Origin: the human T2T-CHM13v2.0 reference genome, Homo sapiens
Reading direction: 5' to 3' (one strand)
Length of the DNA: 64,000 nt
Assembly: GCF_009914755.1 (NCBI RefSeq)
Contig: NC_060939.1
The notes under the pieces are model-generated. The model was not told the DNA's origin. It saw only the letters and a list, made by a program, of their open reading frames with translations, and searched no databases. The translations under genes and the position numbers were made by a program. Of this stretch, positions 1 to 64,000 are shown one piece after another (the stretch's first letter is position 1; each line of letters begins with the position of its first letter).

Positions 1-47
1 AACTGATCAAGGCAATAGAAAAGTATATGCAAAAATAGGCTAAAAGG

Positions 48-5320
<5,273 letters not shown>

Positions 5321-5351
5321 ATTTGCCACACAGACTCAGAGTATGTATTAC

Positions 5352-58356
<53,005 letters not shown>

Positions 58357-58792
58357 CTACACAGCAGAAGGATATAATCATGTGTTCCCAGATAGTTTGG
58401 GACACTTTAATCAGAGCACTCTGACCCCCAACACATACCAACCATCTCTTAGCCAAACTTGAAAAAGTAAAATACCTCACCTTTATAGTGCTTCTTTCTA
58501 CAAAAAGCACCTAAAAGATTAACAATTCAACATCCTACACAGAATTAAGTAAAGAAAAAATAAGGCACCAACATACTCGAATTTTATATTTTTGAGAAGA
58601 GGCAGAAAAATCTTGCATTCAGGAGAATTACTGACAAGTGACAAGAGAAGATATGCATTGGATGAGCACAGAAAGGGCTCAAAAAACTTTTTAAAAGTTC
58701 ACAGAAGTATTTTAGTAAAAAATCTTAAAATACATATATAGAACCACAGAGTCCAAACAAAATTCAGGTAAGGAGCTTATATATGTATATAA

Positions 58793-58793
<1 letters not shown>

Positions 58794-58828
<35 letters not shown>
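58794..58828. repeat. (CA)n microsatellite
   Basis: About 17 AC units. Confidence 0.95.
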
Positions 58829-58830
<2 letters not shown>

Positions 58831-58964
58831 TTTATTTTTTACTTATTTTTTTTTTAAGAGACAGAGTCTGGGCCGGGCACAGTGGCTCACACCTGTAATC
58901 CCAGCACTTTGGGAGGCAGAGGCAGGCAGGTCACGAGGTCAAGAGATCGAGACCATCCTGGCTA

Positions 58965-59191
<227 letters not shown>

Positions 59192-59375
59192 CTAAAGTGC
59201 AGTAGCACGATCACAGCTTACTGCAGCCTTGAACTACTGGGCACAAGCAAACTCCATATATTTTTAAAATAAGTTAACACCGACCAGGCACGGTGGCTCA
59301 CGCCTGTAATCCCAGCACTTTGGGAGGCCAAGGAGGGCGCATCACGAGATCAGGAGATCGAGACCATCCTGGCTA

Positions 59376-59648
<273 letters not shown>

Positions 59649-59841
59649 CTATTAATAACATATATCACCGTTAAAAATGTTTGAAACAAGGCCAGGCGCA
59701 GGGGCTTATCCCTGTAATCCCAGCACTTCGGGAGGCCGAAGTGGGCGGATCATTTAAGGTTAGTTCAAAACCAGCACGGCCAACATGGTGCAACCCCGTC
59801 TCTACTAAAAATACAAAAATTAGGCTGGGCGCGGTGGCTCA

Positions 59842-60117
<276 letters not shown>

Positions 60118-60135
60118 TTAACCAGTGTGGTGTCA

Positions 60136-60327
<192 letters not shown>

Positions 60328-60568
60328 CTATCAACCAACCAATCAATAAAACAAGACAAAAGACATCTTTGAGACAACTGGGAAAATCTGAACTGTATAC
60401 TTAAATATTATGGAATTATTACTTTAAGTGTGATAACGGTACTATGATTATATAGAATAATGTACTTATTCTTAGGGGATGAATGCTGAAGTATTTAAGG
60501 GGACATTATATTAAGGAAAAATCTGATGTCTGCAACTTAAACAATTAATCCTCCCCAAAAAAGTACAG

Positions 60569-60569
<1 letters not shown>

Positions 60570-60612
<43 letters not shown>
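60570..60612. repeat. (CA)n microsatellite
   Basis: About 21 AC units. Confidence 0.95.
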
Positions 60613-60615
<3 letters not shown>

Positions 60616-61179
60616 CAAATGTATACTCTTTCATTTCTTCTGTGGGCTTAAACTTTTAAAATAAAAAACTTGGGGAATATGTTAAGTTTTAATTGTCATG
60701 AGAAAAATTTTCATGTTTTTAAGCAAAACATCAGCAAACATACACTTTTACTTTCCACATGATGTCAACCATATAAATCAAATGAACAAAAAAAGAGAGA
60801 AAAGATGCCAAAATGTTTACAGCAATTAGCCTCTGGGTGGCAGGATTACAGATGACATCTTTGCTTCCTTGCAACTTTCTACACAACTAATATTTCATAA
60901 AAAGAGCATTAAGCGTAACTGTAATAAACACAAAAGAGGTGAAAATATAAATTTGCAAAGTTGGGAACCGTGACCCAAGCAAGTGAAAGAAGACTAAGTA
61001 AAGATTTTTACAAAAGCAAAATAGAACATTATCTATATAACTGGAAGGACCAGATAAATGACTTTGGGAAACAGAGGGAAAGAAAGTTCAAGAGCAAATA
61101 TTGCAAATGGTAGAAAAGAAGCAATGAAGGACGACAGCACAAAACAACACACTTTGAGCTCTTCTTAGTTTCTTTTGGT

Positions 61180-62620
<1,441 letters not shown>

Positions 62621-62729
62621 AATAGAAGGTACTTTGGCCGGGCACGGTGGCGCATGCCTGTAATCCCAGCACTTTGGGAGGCTGAGGCGGGCGGATCACG
62701 AGGTCAGGAGATCAAGACCATCCTGGCTA

Positions 62730-63084
<355 letters not shown>

Positions 63085-63405
63085 TCAGGAGGCTGAGGGA
63101 CAAGGATCGCTTGAACTCAGGAGGTGGAAGTTGCAGTAAGCCAAGATGGTGGTGCCACTGCGCTCCAGCCTGGGCAACAAAGCAAGACTCCGTTTCAAAA
63201 AAGAAAAAAGAAAATACTCAAAAAAATTTGTAGAATGATTAGACAAATCAGAAAAAGCATGAAATAATTCAGATTACAGACAAAAAACAGTACTTTAGTT
63301 AAACTTTTCTCCACTGTCTAAAGTTGATGGAAAGAGAAAACAAAGGTTTAAATATATTATTTAGAAGTGTAAACGGAGCCAGAAGAATTAAAATAATTAC
63401 CATCA

Positions 63406-63828
<423 letters not shown>

Positions 63829-64000
63829 TTATAGTTTTACAATAGTATTAGAGGTAGGAAGATAACCTCCCAAAGAAGTAAAACCATAAACAGTTAAAGA
63901 GAGTTGCCTTTGTGAAAAGGGAGCAAGGGTGAGGAAGGACTCTCTGCTTTTCATTATAAGCCCTTTTTACTATTATTTATTTATTTGTTTTTGAGGCAGG

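Overview
Human (primate) genomic DNA lying wholly inside the TP53BP1 (53BP1) gene, which runs on the minus strand. I located 14 consecutive coding exons (exons 5-18 in the usual numbering, about aa 119-1271 of the 1972-aa protein) from their translations. All have GT-AG boundaries and their phases join into one open frame. They encode the disordered SQ/TQ-rich N-terminal region, the DYNLL1/LC8-binding QT motifs and the start of the oligomerisation domain. The introns are very Alu-dense (about 65 copies or fragments). They also hold a solo sense-oriented LTR12C (ERV9) with a 4-bp TSD, a 5'-truncated L1PA with TSD, MaLR LTRs, MER44, a complete MER85 piggyBac MITE, and old L1M/L2/MIR debris. Almost all non-exonic ORFs in the supplied track are Alu or LTR artefacts. 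The signals the canonical gene model does not explain are: (i) frame-preserving candidate microexons in repeat-free intronic islands on both sides of the LC8-binding exon 17, best a 27-nt TPLFRRVFE exon with a possible mutually exclusive 24-nt twin, plus a 30-nt exon; (ii) a candidate poison/micro exon in intron 13; (iii) the LTR12C as a possible internal promoter for an N-truncated 53BP1; (iv) a 43-nt hairpin retroposed with A-tail and TSD; (v) a triple-hairpin template-switch scar; (vi) a T16 acceptor tract that could be an MSI target. Exon and residue numbers and repeat subfamily names come from recall, not database searches. Repeat boundaries are approximate unless TSDs are quoted.
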